Shown: positions 41,182 to 53,449, counted from the first letter of the stretch. The stretch: DNA of 64,000 nucleotides from an uncultured Verrucomicrobiae bacterium (GCA_963788655.1 CAWBHS010000074.1:1-64000), one strand, 5' to 3'. Notes: a model not told the origin generated them from the letters alone. Translations and numbers: made by a program.

Positions 41182-44100
41182 CTATGGCTCCCAGGCTTGC
41201 TTGAGCGCTTCCCGCGCTTTCTGGCGGGCGGCTTCTTTTTCGGCGTCTTTGGATGCCGGCTCGTGCGCCGCGAGCTTCCACGCCGCAATCGCTTCTTCCT
41301 TACGTCCCAACGCTACCAGCGCGTTGCCACGCAAGTATTGGATGTGCGCCTCGCGGGTACTTTCCAATTTGCCCGTGGCCAGGTTCTCCGGGTATTCCAG
41401 CGCCCGATTGAATTCCTTCAGCGCTTCCGCCGCATGTCCGGATTCCAGTTGCTCTTTGCCCAACTCCAAATGAGCCGCCTCAAACAAGTCGTGTACCTCG
41501 CGTGCGCCTTCCCACACCGTCACGCGCACCGAGTCCAGCATCCGCGCCGCGGCGGCATAGTCACCGAGACGATCCTGTGCGCGAGCCAGCAACGCCACAA
41601 AATCTGAACGTCCTTGGCCCGCCGGAAACGCGTCCTGCAAACTGTTGCGCGCCTCGGTCCATAATTCGCGTTTGCGGTCGGCGGAATCTGCTTTGTCCGC
41701 CAAGTTGAAAAGCACCTGAGCCAGGTCGCGCGCCACAATGGCGTCCTGCGGATCGACCTCGTGAGCTTGACGCAAGAACTTGGCCGCCGCCGACGCATCG
41801 TGGTCCAGTCGCAGGCTGGCCATTCCCAATGCGCGCAGCGGGATCGTGGATTTGATCCCTCGCCGCGTGGCTCGGATCCAATAATCCCGTCCTTCAGCAT
41901 ATCGACCGAGCGAGAATAACAGGTGGCCGAGATAAAGTGCAGCCTTCCCATCGTTCGCGTCCGTTGCGACCGCCCAACGCAACACCGGGAGAGTTTCATG
42001 CCGGTGCGGAAACACCCTGGCATCGGAACATATCTGCGCCTGGTGTAAATACCCAGCCGATCGGTCTGCCTGCCCAAGGCGACCAGCCAAATACGCCGCC
42101 CAATAAAACGGCAAAGGTTGCTTCGCATTTGCGGTGGAAGCGGACTCGTCACAATAGAATTCCCTCAAGACTGGCAGCGCCGTGGCCGTTTGGTTCACGG
42201 CGGACAACTGAGCCGCCAGATCGAGAACTGCTGTCGAATTGCCTTGAACCAACGCGGCCAGCGTCAACGGTTTCTTTTCGTCGTGCGCCAGCCAAAGCAC
42301 ACTGCGGGCAAAAGCGTCCAGCGGATTGACTTCTAGATTCGCGCGGGCCGTTTGGACCGCCGCTTTGCGATCGCCGTGCTGGAGCAACGCAAGCGCCAGA
42401 TAATTGCGGCAAACTGGATCGGATTGCCACGGTCCGGCGGCGGACAACGTCTGAATGGCTCTAGTCCAATCCGCTTTGCGAATGAGCAGCCTTGCCGCCA
42501 AGGCACGCCCCGGCACAGCGGTTGCCGGGTCCAATGCGGCTTTCCAGGCTTCGTCAGCAGCGGTGGTTTCATCGCCAGTGCGCAACGCCGCGACAGCCAA
42601 AGCAAAATGCCCCAGACCATCATCCGGATTCGCGGCGACGGCCGCGCGCCCTTCAGTTGCCGCAGTGGCAGGCTCAGAATCCAAGTTGAGCAAAGCCAAA
42701 CCAATCCGAGCTGAGGCGCACTCCTTATCCTGACCCAGGGCTTGGCGAAACTGCTTCTCCGCTTCGTCGCAGCGTGCAAACAAGTATTCCTGCCAGCCAG
42801 CCTGGGCCAGTTCGGAAGCGGTTTGCGGCTTGGGTGATTTCTCCGGCGGTTGGCGCTCGGGCAGAGCCAACGGCACCCGGAATTGCGCCAGCGTTAGCTT
42901 GCCGGAAGTCAACCGCACTTCGAACGGTTGCTTGGCGCCCGCAAGGTCAAGTTTCAGTTCCGCGGGTTCGGCGGGTGATAATTTGCATTGGCTCCGAGCG
43001 ATGACATTGCTCCCCTTAAGAACCTGTGCTTCGACCAGCGACCATTTGCCCGTGCCCAGCAATCGCAACCGCAATTGACTGCCGTCCACCGCAGCATTCA
43101 CCGCCACGTCGCGATTGGCATACGTGAATCCGCCCAGCGCATGGATCGGATACCACCATTCACGCCAACTGACCGCTTCGCACGGTTCCAATCGCCCCAC
43201 GTCCGCCTGTGTGAGGAGGGGGCCGGTTTGCACCTCGTTGTAGGGGCCGTCCGTGTCTGTCAGATCCATCTGGTGCATCCGACCGTAACTCCCCTGCCCC
43301 CACGTCCAGGCTTTCTTGCCGGGCAGCAAATGGTGATTGGCGTATGCCACCACGCCGCGTTGGGCCCCATCGTCGTATAAACCAAAAAAATCCTGATCGC
43401 AATGCCAGGCAAAGATCGACGTGCCATCCTGGTAGTTGGTGCCGCGGGTCAGATCCTTGCCGTGGTCAAAAGGCCAATGGAAGAACTTCGTGGCGCCGTG
43501 ATCCGAGCCGAGGGTCATCGGATAGATGAAGCGGAAGCCGGGCGGATTCGGCACCGCCGTGCAGTTCCAAAAGTAATAGGGCCGCACGGTGTCGGTGGGA
43601 TTGTAGATGCGGATTCGCTCCTCGATGAAGGACCGTCCCGGTCGCAGCGTGACCACGACGGTCCATTGAGTGCCATAAATCTTTTCCGTTTCCCCGATGG
43701 CCACAGAGCGCGAGCCGTCTTTGTCCGGCGGTAGAATCGCTACATCGACGGGCTGCATACAACCAACCGTGTGGCCTTGCGGGCCGGTGTTCCACTCGAC
43801 GCCACCGCTGATCCACGCGCCGCATTGACCAATCAGACCGGGTTTGATGACGTGGTTCACGTAAAACATCGGTTGGCCGGTGGTCTTGTCGATGACCTCG
43901 TGAATCCGGCCGCCCAGTTCCGGCAGAAACGTGATGCGAAGGTATTCGTTTTCCAAAACCACCGTCCGATAGGTGCGGCTGGTTTTCTCGCGGCTGAGAT
44001 TATCCAGCATCGGATAGGGATAGATGTTCTTGCCATCCGTGCCGCGGAAATAGGGATGTTTGACCGCCGGCCGCCAGGGATAGGTCGGTAAGGTCATTTC

Positions 44101-44367
44101 ACCGCGAGATGCTTTGACGCTGGCGGCGGAAGCGGAGGTTGGTCCGCTCAATACGGCAATCAGCAAGAGTAAGGTGAGAGCCCCCAGCAAAACTGGGCGC
44201 ATTGAATCCGTGAACCCCGTAACAGCGAACGTGAATTGGCTCACTCTTCCGAAACGCGAAATCAGAGCCTCCTTGCGTCGGCTGCTAATCCTCTTCAAAC
44301 AGACTGTACGGTGCCTTTCAATCAAACACGGAGGTTCCGCTGAGAATTGCTGATCCATTGTTTTCAT
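41182..44367 (-). CDS. DUF5107 domain + TPR protein; start 44367 or 44202
   Basis: LENEYLRITFLPELGGRI, GAWISGGVEWN, PGKKAWTWG; C-terminal TPR helices. Confidence 0.85.
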   Translation of the reverse strand: MKTMDQQFSAEPPCLIERHRTVCLKRISSRRKEALISRFGRVSQFTFAVTGFTDSMRPVLLGALTLLLLIAVLSGPTSASAASVKASRGEMTLPTYPWRPAVKHPYFRGTDGKNIYPYPMLDNLSREKTSRTYRTVVLENEYLRITFLPELGGRIHEVIDKTTGQPMFYVNHVIKPGLIGQCGAWISGGVEWNTGPQGHTVGCMQPVDVAILPPDKDGSRSVAIGETEKIYGTQWTVVVTLRPGRSFIEERIRIYNPTDTVRPYYFWNCTAVPNPPGFRFIYPMTLGSDHGATKFFHWPFDHGKDLTRGTNYQDGTSIFAWHCDQDFFGLYDDGAQRGVVAYANHHLLPGKKAWTWGQGSYGRMHQMDLTDTDGPYNEVQTGPLLTQADVGRLEPCEAVSWREWWYPIHALGGFTYANRDVAVNAAVDGSQLRLRLLGTGKWSLVEAQVLKGSNVIARSQCKLSPAEPAELKLDLAGAKQPFEVRLTSGKLTLAQFRVPLALPERQPPEKSPKPQTASELAQAGWQEYLFARCDEAEKQFRQALGQDKECASARIGLALLNLDSEPATAATEGRAAVAANPDDGLGHFALAVAALRTGDETTAADEAWKAALDPATAVPGRALAARLLIRKADWTRAIQTLSAAGPWQSDPVCRNYLALALLQHGDRKAAVQTARANLEVNPLDAFARSVLWLAHDEKKPLTLAALVQGNSTAVLDLAAQLSAVNQTATALPVLREFYCDESASTANAKQPLPFYWAAYLAGRLGQADRSAGYLHQAQICSDARVFPHRHETLPVLRWAVATDANDGKAALYLGHLLFSLGRYAEGRDYWIRATRRGIKSTIPLRALGMASLRLDHDASAAAKFLRQAHEVDPQDAIVARDLAQVLFNLADKADSADRKRELWTEARNSLQDAFPAGQGRSDFVALLARAQDRLGDYAAAARMLDSVRVTVWEGAREVHDLFEAAHLELGKEQLESGHAAEALKEFNRALEYPENLATGKLESTREAHIQYLRGNALVALGRKEEAIAAWKLAAHEPASKDAEKEAARQKAREALKQAWEP
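44219..44308. repeat. Degenerate family B element inside the DUF5107 5' region
   Basis: GTAACAGCGAACGTG...GAGCCTCCTTGCGTCGGCTGCTA..TTCAAACAGACT, similar to 7258-7361. Confidence 0.7.
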
Positions 44368-44369
44368 AG

Positions 44370-45752
44370 CTATTTCTTTTTCTTTGCCTTCCGGGCCGGT
44401 TCTTTCAACGGCCAATTGGGATCTTCCGTGCGGGCCTGTTTCATCAAGGACTGCGCTTTGGCAACCAACTCGGGTTTCTCGGCCGCAAGGTTCTTCTTTT
44501 CACCCACGTCGGCCTTCAAATCATAAAGCTCGATGCGCGCGCTGGGACCGTTTTTCACGGCCTTCCAGTCACCAAACCGGACGGCTTGAATGGACTTGCC
44601 CTCGTGTAGTTCCCAATAGAAATAATCGCGCTTGGGTGCGTGCCCGCCTTCGATCATCGACACCAGTGAAAGTCCGTCCACTTTTGCTCCCGCGGGCATC
44701 CTAGCCCCGGCGAGTTCAACAGCGGTCGGAAAGAAATCCCAGAATGCCCAGGGCTTGTCGCAGACGCGGCCGGCCGGCACTTTACCGGGCCAACGCACCA
44801 AGGCCGCCTGTCGGAGTGCGCCTTCGTACATGCCGCGTTTAAAGCCGCGCAGTTGGCCACCCATCGTCTGGTCAAACAAACGGCCAATCTCGGAGTTGGG
44901 ATTGAATGAGGATCCATTGTCCCCGGCAAAAAACACAATGGTCTGTTCGTCGATGCCCAATTGCTTGAGCAAGTCGAGCAACCGTCCCACGTCACGGTCC
45001 AGGCGCGTCACCATGGCCGCGTACGTTTTTTGGAGCTTCGTCCAATTCTTGGTTTTGTATTGGCCGAGGTCATCGATCTCGAAACGCCCGTGCGGCAGCG
45101 TCACAGCGTAGAACAAAAAGAACGGCTGGTCTTGGTGTTGGCGAACCCAGTTTAGGGTGTCGTTTTCAATCAGGTTCTGTGCGTACGTCTTGCCGACGCC
45201 CTTGCCGTCGTTGCCCGCCAATTCGAAACGCTGGTCATTGTTGTAAAGATACGTCGGGAAATAACTGTGAGCGTGACGCTGGCAATTATAGCCGAAGAAA
45301 TGATCGAAGCCCACCTTCAGCGGGCTGCCCGCAGTGTCGAACATGCCCATGCCCCATTTGCCGGTGACCGCGGTGGCATACCCGGCCTGCTGCAGCACCT
45401 GCGCCACGGTCAGCGTGCCTGGCGGCAACGGCATCTGGCCTTCGGGTTGGATCTCACGGTTCGCCCGAATCGGACTGTGCCCCGTGTGCAAACCGAGCAT
45501 CACCGACGTGCGCGATGGCGCGCAGACGCTGGTGCCCGCGTAAGCCTGGGTGAAACGCGTGCCCTCGGCGGCCATACGGTCCAGGTTCGGCGTTTGGATG
45601 AGCTTCTGGCCGTAGCATCCCAGGTCGCCCATCGCCACGTCGTCGGAGAGGATGAAGATGATGTTCGGCGGACGTTGGGCGGCCTCGGCGACACTGAGCA
45701 TTGGGAACACCAGGAACAATGCGAAGGGCAGTAATCGTTGTTTCATTCTCAT
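44370..45752 (-). CDS. Arylsulfatase (Cys-type, S1 family)
   Basis: [40 protein letters not shown]. Confidence 0.93.
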   Translation of the reverse strand: MRMKQRLLPFALFLVFPMLSVAEAAQRPPNIIFILSDDVAMGDLGCYGQKLIQTPNLDRMAAEGTRFTQAYAGTSVCAPSRTSVMLGLHTGHSPIRANREIQPEGQMPLPPGTLTVAQVLQQAGYATAVTGKWGMGMFDTAGSPLKVGFDHFFGYNCQRHAHSYFPTYLYNNDQRFELAGNDGKGVGKTYAQNLIENDTLNWVRQHQDQPFFLFYAVTLPHGRFEIDDLGQYKTKNWTKLQKTYAAMVTRLDRDVGRLLDLLKQLGIDEQTIVFFAGDNGSSFNPNSEIGRLFDQTMGGQLRGFKRGMYEGALRQAALVRWPGKVPAGRVCDKPWAFWDFFPTAVELAGARMPAGAKVDGLSLVSMIEGGHAPKRDYFYWELHEGKSIQAVRFGDWKAVKNGPSARIELYDLKADVGEKKNLAAEKPELVAKAQSLMKQARTEDPNWPLKEPARKAKKKK

Positions 45753-45924
45753 AACCACGGAGTCTGCGTGAACCATAACTGCCTTCGGCTTGAGAACACA
45801 ATCGTATTTCTGTTTTACAGATGGGTACGGTTCAAGGATGGCGGCGGTCGTGGGTCTTATTTGAGAGGTCTGGAAGCGGTCGGCCCGGCTCCCGCGAGTG
45901 CGGACTGCGGACGTGGCTCTCGGG

Positions 45925-47747
45925 CTAACGATTCTTCCGCTCCAGCACAAAGGTTAGACGAACGTCAGCCAGCAAGCTCCGCAGTCGTTCAAACGTGTTC
46001 CAATCCAACAAATCCTTGTCCTCGATCTGGGTAACGGCTTTCACCAAAGCCGGATCGTCCAGGAACGGACTGAGAGTCAGCGGCACATAGCCCGGAGCCT
46101 CGGCGCGCAAGCGAATCGTGGCCGGGACGGTGATGTTTTCTTCCCCGGTCGGCAGGTGGTGCTTGGCGCCGGCTTGAGCAATAGGCCCTTGGAATGTAAG
46201 GCTGGTGAGGGTGCCGTCGAGCAGGTGGCCGGTTCGGGCGTCCACGATGCGCACGCCAACATGAGCCGGGACGGGGACGGGGGCTGATACGGTGTGGCTT
46301 CGAAAAAGAATGCGCCACTAATCGCGCGTTGTCTTTGGCGGTCACCGCCAAAAGCACGCACACAATACCAGGCGTTTTCGGTTTCGTGCAGAGTGACATT
46401 CGTCTGCCAGGCCGGGGTTGGTGGATTCAAAACAAACGTCCGCCATGGCCTTCCATTGCGCAGCATTTCCAATCGTTGCAATCCCCGACGGTCACTGCCA
46501 CCCGCCCAGGCCTCAAGCACCAGCGAAGACGCCTGGCCATGAGCCTCGTGGCGGGAGCCTGGTGGTTTTCCATCCACTGTGGCCAGCAGTAGTGGGCCAG
46601 TCGTAACGAACGTTTTACCCGCCGCCGTCGCCGCCGCCACCGCGGGCAGGGAGAACGCTCCTTCGACGAAGGTATAAGTCCGCGCGGCCCCCGGCACCGC
46701 GCCACCCGGACGATCGAAGCAGGCGTCGGACGATCCGGTGGCCGCCAGGCGGTACCCGTGATTCAACAGCAGACACCAAAGCGCAAAGGCCTTTTCATTG
46801 GCGGAAAATTCGCCGCCCCCAGTAATCACATCCAAACCGTCATAAGTCGGGCCGGCCAGCGTATCGAGCGGTAATTCGACGGCCATATTCGAGATGCGCA
46901 TCTTCTCCCGCAGCGGATACCCGCCCTGCCCGCCCCAGGTTCCCGTCCACCAGCGCGCGGGATGGGTATAGAAGACCTTGCCGCCTTGGGCGTGAATCAA
47001 CTGGTGCGACTCAAAATTGGCAAAGGGTGGCTTGCTCGATTCGTAATCCGCGGCACTCGCAGTCAGCAACAAATCGATCACGTTTTGGCCCGCGGAAGTG
47101 CGCCCATTGACCGCCAGGCTCCAGCAATGCCCCAGGCAGCGGCCGGCATCGCCGCGGTAATAATTCTTTGGTGCTTCGAGGTTCCAAGTCAGCACACAAT
47201 CGGGCCTGGACCGTGCGTGCAGCTCGGCATCGAGTTTTTCGGGAGTGGGTTTCTCCATCGACCAGGCGTGGCTGAGCGAGAGGTATTGCAAATCCTCGGC
47301 TTGGGCGGTGAGGGCTACGAAATTGAAATCCACCGGAATGGTTTTCTCACCGTGAATCATGTGCGCATGACTGTCGCCCGCATACCAACCGCGCCGGCGC
47401 AAATCAACGATCCGCTCCAGCTTGAATTCCAGGTTGGTCTCCGCCCCGGCCGGCAAATCGAGTTCGCGCTCCACCGCCCGTGTTTCCAATCCGCGGCTGA
47501 TTCGCACGTGGGTTCGGCCCGCCGGCAGCGTCTTAACGAAACGCCCATCGCAACGGAAGCCCGATTTGAATGATTCGCGCTCGGTTATTACGCGACCGTT
47601 GGCGTCAGTGATGGCAACCGTGCAAGCGGTAATCAAACCGGTCGTCGCGTCCTTGACCGTGCCGCGCAATCGGGCGGTGCCAGCCGCGCGCGCCGGCACA
47701 CCGGCCGACAGGCAAGCAAGGCACAACAGAAGGAGCAGTGACTTCAT
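45925..47747 (-). CDS. CehA/McbA-like PHP metallohydrolase (frameshift near 46260)
   Basis: [39 protein letters not shown]; tail continues in ORF 45925-46254. Confidence 0.78.
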
Positions 47748-47834
47748 ATTGTGGGCTTCGCACAGATGAAACCAACATGCAATCAACTTTTGAAAACGGC
47801 GGGGGCGAAGTGCTGCCGGCAGCACGCCGTTGGA

Positions 47835-47987
47835 TCAGGCTCGCTCGCAAACCGCCTGGCAAACGTCCGCCGCTGCCTCGGGCTTGCCCAACGCTCTGGC
47901 GGCCCGGGACATGGTTTTGAGTATGGGCGTTCCCAACAGGTGCTCGAGGCGGAAAGGCAAATCTTCCGCGCGATTCACTTTGGCAGC
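47835..47987 (-). pseudogene. C-terminal remnant of an MGDG-synthase/UgtP-like (GT28) glycosyltransferase
   Basis: GAAKVNRAEDLPFRLEHLLG...MSRAARALGKPEAAADVC; truncated at the adjacent repeat. Confidence 0.55.
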
Positions 47988-48114
47988 ACCCCGGCCCTCT
48001 CCCCCAGGGAGAGGGAGAATCGATGACCGGTCTTCTGAAAACACGATGTCCCTTGGTTTCCGGAGCGGCACCTCCATCGGTTCCCTCTCCCTGGGGAGAG
48101 GGTTAGGGTGAGGG
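47988..48114. repeat. REP-like palindromic doublet, family F
   Basis: ACCCCGGCCCTCTCCCCCAGGGAGAGGGAGAAT ... TTCCCTCTCCCTGGGGAGAGGGTTAGGGTGAGGG. Confidence 0.85.
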
Positions 48115-48378
48115 AGAACGAGCCAATTGAATGTCACCATGCGTCGTCCATCCCAAGCGCTCATCAGTAAGGCGGCCGATAATTTCCAGCGGCATGAAGT
48201 GGGTGCAAAGCACGACGGGCGGGTTGAATCGCATGATTTCGTCGCGAAATTTCGGCGACGATCACATCGATGCTCCACCATTTACCCATCAACCGTGCAT
48301 GCCTTTCACGCCATTTACCGCTCGACAATGGCCGGTTTGCCTTTGGACACTCTACCGTCCGAATTGTCCGACTTTTCA

Positions 48379-49665
48379 ATGAATCGAAAGCACATTATCG
48401 CCGCGAGCGCCTTGTTGTTCCTGGTTGGTTTCGCGGTTTGGTTTTGGCCGCGTTCGGGGCCCCGCGCTACGGGCGCCATACCCCAGGATGCCTATCTCTG
48501 GCAACGAGCCTGGACCGAACCGGTTCGGGAAGTGGTGTCACGGCACGCGACCAATTTTTCTGAATTGATTACATTGAGCGCGGAAGTGGTTTGGAAGCAC
48601 GGCAAGCCCCAAGTCGTGCGCGTGCCGTTGCGTTACGATGTGCTGCGTCAAGCTGGATGCCGAGTGGGATTGGCCCTGCGGATCGGGCCGTTCTCAGGTC
48701 CGTTTGCCGCCGATGACGAACGCGCCCGCTGGCTGACCGATCTGACGGCGTCGCGGGTGCGCGAAGCAAAATCAAATCAGCTCACCGTGGCGGAACTGCA
48801 ACTCGATTTCGATTGCGCGGAGTCCAAGCTCGACGGTTACCGACAATGGGTACAGGCCGTTCAACGCGGCGTGTCGCCGGTGCCGGTTACCATCACGGCG
48901 CTCCCGTCCTGGCTCGATCGACGCGCGTTTCGCCGCCTCGTGCAAACGGCGGACGGATTTGTCCTTCAGGTGCATTCGCTGGAACGTCCCCAAAACGCGG
49001 AAGCCCCGTTTGCGTTGTGCGTTCCGGCGGCGGCGCGGCGGGCGGTGGAAAAGGCCGCGCACGCCGGCCGGCCGTTCCGCGTGGCGTTGCCGACTTACGG
49101 CTACTTAATGGCGTTTGACGAGACGGGCAAGCTGGTGGGCTTGTCGGCGGAAGGCCCCTCGTTGAGCTGGCCGTCCGGGCTTTTATTGCGCGAGGTGCGA
49201 AGCGATCCGGCGGCCATGGCGGATCTCGTTCAAGGATGGGTCAAAGACCGGCCGGCACTGTTACGCGGCATTCTCTGGTACCGGTTGCCCGTTGCTGGTG
49301 AAGAGTTGAATTGGGCCTGGCCCGCGTTGGCCCGCGTGATGACCGGTCAGCCACCGGAGCCGCATTTGCACCCGGTGGTGCGCCATCCGAAGCCGGGATT
49401 GGTTGAGGTCGATTTGGAGAACCGTGGGACCGCCGATTTTTGTGCGCCGGCACGATTGCGCGTGCAATGGAAAAATGCCAGGCTGGTCGCCAGTGACGGC
49501 GTAGCGGGATTTGAGACGGTGCCCGCCGGGCCATACGCGCTGGAATTTCGAAATGGGGCGGCGCCAGTGCGATTTCACCCCGGGCAAAAACAACTGATTG
49601 GCTGGCTGCGGCTTGAAACCAACGTCGAGGTGCAGGTTGAACTTTCGACACATGAATCACAGTGA
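48379..49665 (+). CDS. DUF3142 domain protein (GH18-like TIM barrel)
   Basis: AYLWQRAW, LQLDFDCAESKL, ITALPSWL, FVLQVH, PFRVALPTYGY, WYRLP. Confidence 0.85.
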   Translation: MNRKHIIAASALLFLVGFAVWFWPRSGPRATGAIPQDAYLWQRAWTEPVREVVSRHATNFSELITLSAEVVWKHGKPQVVRVPLRYDVLRQAGCRVGLALRIGPFSGPFAADDERARWLTDLTASRVREAKSNQLTVAELQLDFDCAESKLDGYRQWVQAVQRGVSPVPVTITALPSWLDRRAFRRLVQTADGFVLQVHSLERPQNAEAPFALCVPAAARRAVEKAAHAGRPFRVALPTYGYLMAFDETGKLVGLSAEGPSLSWPSGLLLREVRSDPAAMADLVQGWVKDRPALLRGILWYRLPVAGEELNWAWPALARVMTGQPPEPHLHPVVRHPKPGLVEVDLENRGTADFCAPARLRVQWKNARLVASDGVAGFETVPAGPYALEFRNGAAPVRFHPGQKQLIGWLRLETNVEVQVELSTHESQ

Positions 49666-52081
49666 TCGGCATTGTATGACCAGAGACGGAAAGAGGATTC
49701 GGGCCTTCAGGCTTCGGATTTCTTTCGGATTTCGGCCTTCGGATTTCGGAGTTGCCCAACGCTTTTCGCGGCTTCTCATTCTGGTTTTGATGCTCGCCAA
49801 CCCCTGGGTCAGGGCGTGTGGTCCCTTCTTCCCCAACTGGCTGTTGCTGCAAGGAGACGCGGCGGCGCTGGCGGCGCCGGAGACCGTGTTCAAGGTGGAA
49901 ATTCAACGGGCGTTTCCTGCCGAATCGAAATACTCCGCAGTTCCTGGGAATAATTCTGAAGAAACCGTCATCGCCGAGTTGCGCGATTTGAAAGCGGCGC
50001 TCGCCGCGGCGAACGTGCCGGACGAGGAGGCCAAAGAAATCATTGAAGAGCACTACGCCGAGCGCAAAAAGATCCGCGGTTATCGCTTGCCCAACGACCC
50101 TCCAGAACCGTCAAGCGGAACGCTGCGTCAGGTGGCTGCGGTGCTGCGTCCGCATACCAACGAGCCTCCGCGAATCGGCGCCGTGGCACCGGTAATGACC
50201 CCACTGTTGCCGGAGGAGTTCGTTGATTACTTTCGCGGTGCGGTGGCGTGGCACCGCGGACAGTTGGCCGCAGCGCGCTCCATTTGGGAAATATTGCTGC
50301 GGCGTCCTGCAACCGAACGCCATTTCAAATCGACCTGGGCAGCCTACATGCTGGGTAAGAGCTGGGAAGAAGAGAACCGAGCCAGAGCCATCCGATATTT
50401 CCAGTTGGTGCGCAAATTGGCCGCGGAAGGGTTTGCCGATTCACTGGGCTTGGCGGCGGCGAGCCTGGGCTGGGAGGCGCGCTTGCAAGTTCGCGATGCA
50501 AATTTTGTTTCAGCCATCGAACTGTATTTGGACCAGGGGGCCACTGGGGACGAGTCCAGCATTAACTCGCTCGCCTTCACCATCACCGGCGCGTTTGCCG
50601 ACGGGCCTTCGACGCGGCGCAAGCTGGCCGCCATTCCGCGGTGCCGGCAGGCAGTGACGGCCCATTTGCTTTCCCGCCTTGGCCCCGCGCGGTATCACAC
50701 CGATGGCGTGATGAAGGAGGCCATGTTGAAGACCCTCGAAAAAGCCTCCACCAAAGTCTCGTTCGTCCCAGCTTCCGTGCGGAACTGGCACACCTATACC
50801 CCGGCTCTAACCCTCTGGTTGGACGCCATCGAATCGGCGAGAGCCAAAGATGTGGCGCTGGCCGAGCAATTGGCGCTGGCGGCGTATCAGGCCGGCGACC
50901 TCGAACAGTCGCGCCGGTGGATCGCCCGCGCACAAGCCACGCCGCTTGTCGATTGGCTCCAGGCAAAATTGCTGTTGCGCGACGGCAAGTTGGACACCGC
51001 GGCCGCCATGTTGGCAAAGGTCTGCAAGTATTTTCCGATGGACTCGTCCGCCACCAATGAGCTCGATTCGTCCGGGTTGGCCAGCCGGCTGATCGTGCCG
51101 GGATATGACTATTTCGGCTCGGTGGCGGCCAGCCATTATGTGCGGGGAGAATTGGGTTTGTTGCAGTTGGCGCGTCACCAATACGTCGAAGCCCTCGATG
51201 GCTTGCTCCGCGGCGGTTTCTGGGCGGACGCAGCGTATGTGGCTGAACAGGTGTTGCAGCTCGGAGAACTGAAGAATTACGTGGACCGCAATTGGCCGCC
51301 ACCGCCAATCCCGGCAGAGCGGCAAGAGCTTTCCGAGGAATCGTTGCCAGCGGTCTTGAAGCAGCCTGGGCTCGGACACGCGGATGGCGATAGTGGTGCG
51401 ATCCGTTACCTGCTGGCCCGGCGCCTGGCGCGGGCGAAGCGTTTTGCGGAAGCGCGGCAGTACTATCCGCCGGATTGTCTGGCGTGTTTCGATACCTATT
51501 CCAGTGCGCTGGAACAAGCGTCGGCGAAGGTGGCGTCGAAGGCCGAGTGCGCCACCGCTTATTGGCGAGCCGCGCGAATATGCCGTTACGTCGGCATGGA
51601 ACTCATCGGCACCGAGGTCAGTCCCGATTGGCACCTGCACGACGGGCAATTCGACTATGGCCCGGAATTGGTAGCGCGCATCGCCAACACCAATACCGTC
51701 TATCTGCGGCCGGACGCGGCCGAAGCGGAACGGGTGGCGCAGCATACCCCGGAACCCGATGTGCGCTTTCACTATCGTTACCTGGCGGCGGACTTGGCGT
51801 GGCAAGCTGCGGAACTAATGCCGGACAATTCGCGCAACACCGCGTTGGTGTTGCTCGAAGCAGGATGCTGGCTGAGAAATCGCGATCCCGAGGCCGCGGA
51901 CAAATTCTACAAGGCGATCGTGCTTCGCTGCCCCAAAACCGACATCGGCGCCGAAGCGGACCGCATTCACTGGTTCCCGCAACTCGATGCCGCCGGCAAG
52001 GTGGTGCCCAGAGTAATACCCGCCAAGGAGACGGGCAACGAGCCGGAGTCGCAGTTCCAAACAGAGCCGCTGAAGCGTTGA
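49652..52081 (+). CDS. Large secreted helical/TPR-like hypothetical protein, partner of DUF3142
   Basis: Signal peptide ending VRA-CGPFFP; TPR-like helices; DAAYVAEQVL, RFHYRYLAA; overlaps DUF3142 stop. Confidence 0.8.
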   Translation: MNHSDRHCMTRDGKRIRAFRLRISFGFRPSDFGVAQRFSRLLILVLMLANPWVRACGPFFPNWLLLQGDAAALAAPETVFKVEIQRAFPAESKYSAVPGNNSEETVIAELRDLKAALAAANVPDEEAKEIIEEHYAERKKIRGYRLPNDPPEPSSGTLRQVAAVLRPHTNEPPRIGAVAPVMTPLLPEEFVDYFRGAVAWHRGQLAAARSIWEILLRRPATERHFKSTWAAYMLGKSWEEENRARAIRYFQLVRKLAAEGFADSLGLAAASLGWEARLQVRDANFVSAIELYLDQGATGDESSINSLAFTITGAFADGPSTRRKLAAIPRCRQAVTAHLLSRLGPARYHTDGVMKEAMLKTLEKASTKVSFVPASVRNWHTYTPALTLWLDAIESARAKDVALAEQLALAAYQAGDLEQSRRWIARAQATPLVDWLQAKLLLRDGKLDTAAAMLAKVCKYFPMDSSATNELDSSGLASRLIVPGYDYFGSVAASHYVRGELGLLQLARHQYVEALDGLLRGGFWADAAYVAEQVLQLGELKNYVDRNWPPPPIPAERQELSEESLPAVLKQPGLGHADGDSGAIRYLLARRLARAKRFAEARQYYPPDCLACFDTYSSALEQASAKVASKAECATAYWRAARICRYVGMELIGTEVSPDWHLHDGQFDYGPELVARIANTNTVYLRPDAAEAERVAQHTPEPDVRFHYRYLAADLAWQAAELMPDNSRNTALVLLEAGCWLRNRDPEAADKFYKAIVLRCPKTDIGAEADRIHWFPQLDAAGKVVPRVIPAKETGNEPESQFQTEPLKR
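49697..49751. repeat. Short TTCGG(A/C)-type tandem repeat tract inside the CDS
   Basis: ATTCGGGCCTTCAGGCTTCGGATTTCTTTCGGATTTCGGCCTTCGGATTTCGGAG. Confidence 0.7.
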
Positions 52082-52351
52082 AGATTTGAAAGGTGGCGCG
52101 AAGGCTCCGTGACGGTTTTTCAATCGACTCGGATCGCAAAGGTATTGGACGGCTTGGCGACTTTGCATAACTCCCCTCACCGCAAAGAAACGAAGCGCAC
52201 AGAGTCTGCTGGAGAGAATCTTTGCGCCCTTCGCGACGTTGCAGTGAATCGGGCCAGCACCCTCAGACAAGGCATTCGAAGTCGATCTTCGTAATTGCTG
52301 GGCTGAGGTTCTGCCGCGCCGGGTTCTTCGCGGTTGAATTGCTCCTTAGCT

Positions 52352-53338
<987 letters not shown>

Positions 53339-53449
53339 GATTTGTGGTCGATCACTGATTATATCGAGAGCAGCGCAGGATGCAACCGCCTCAGTGCCGA
53401 AGCAATGAACAGAATGGTGGTCAATGATCACAAAGTTTGAGAAGCGGCG

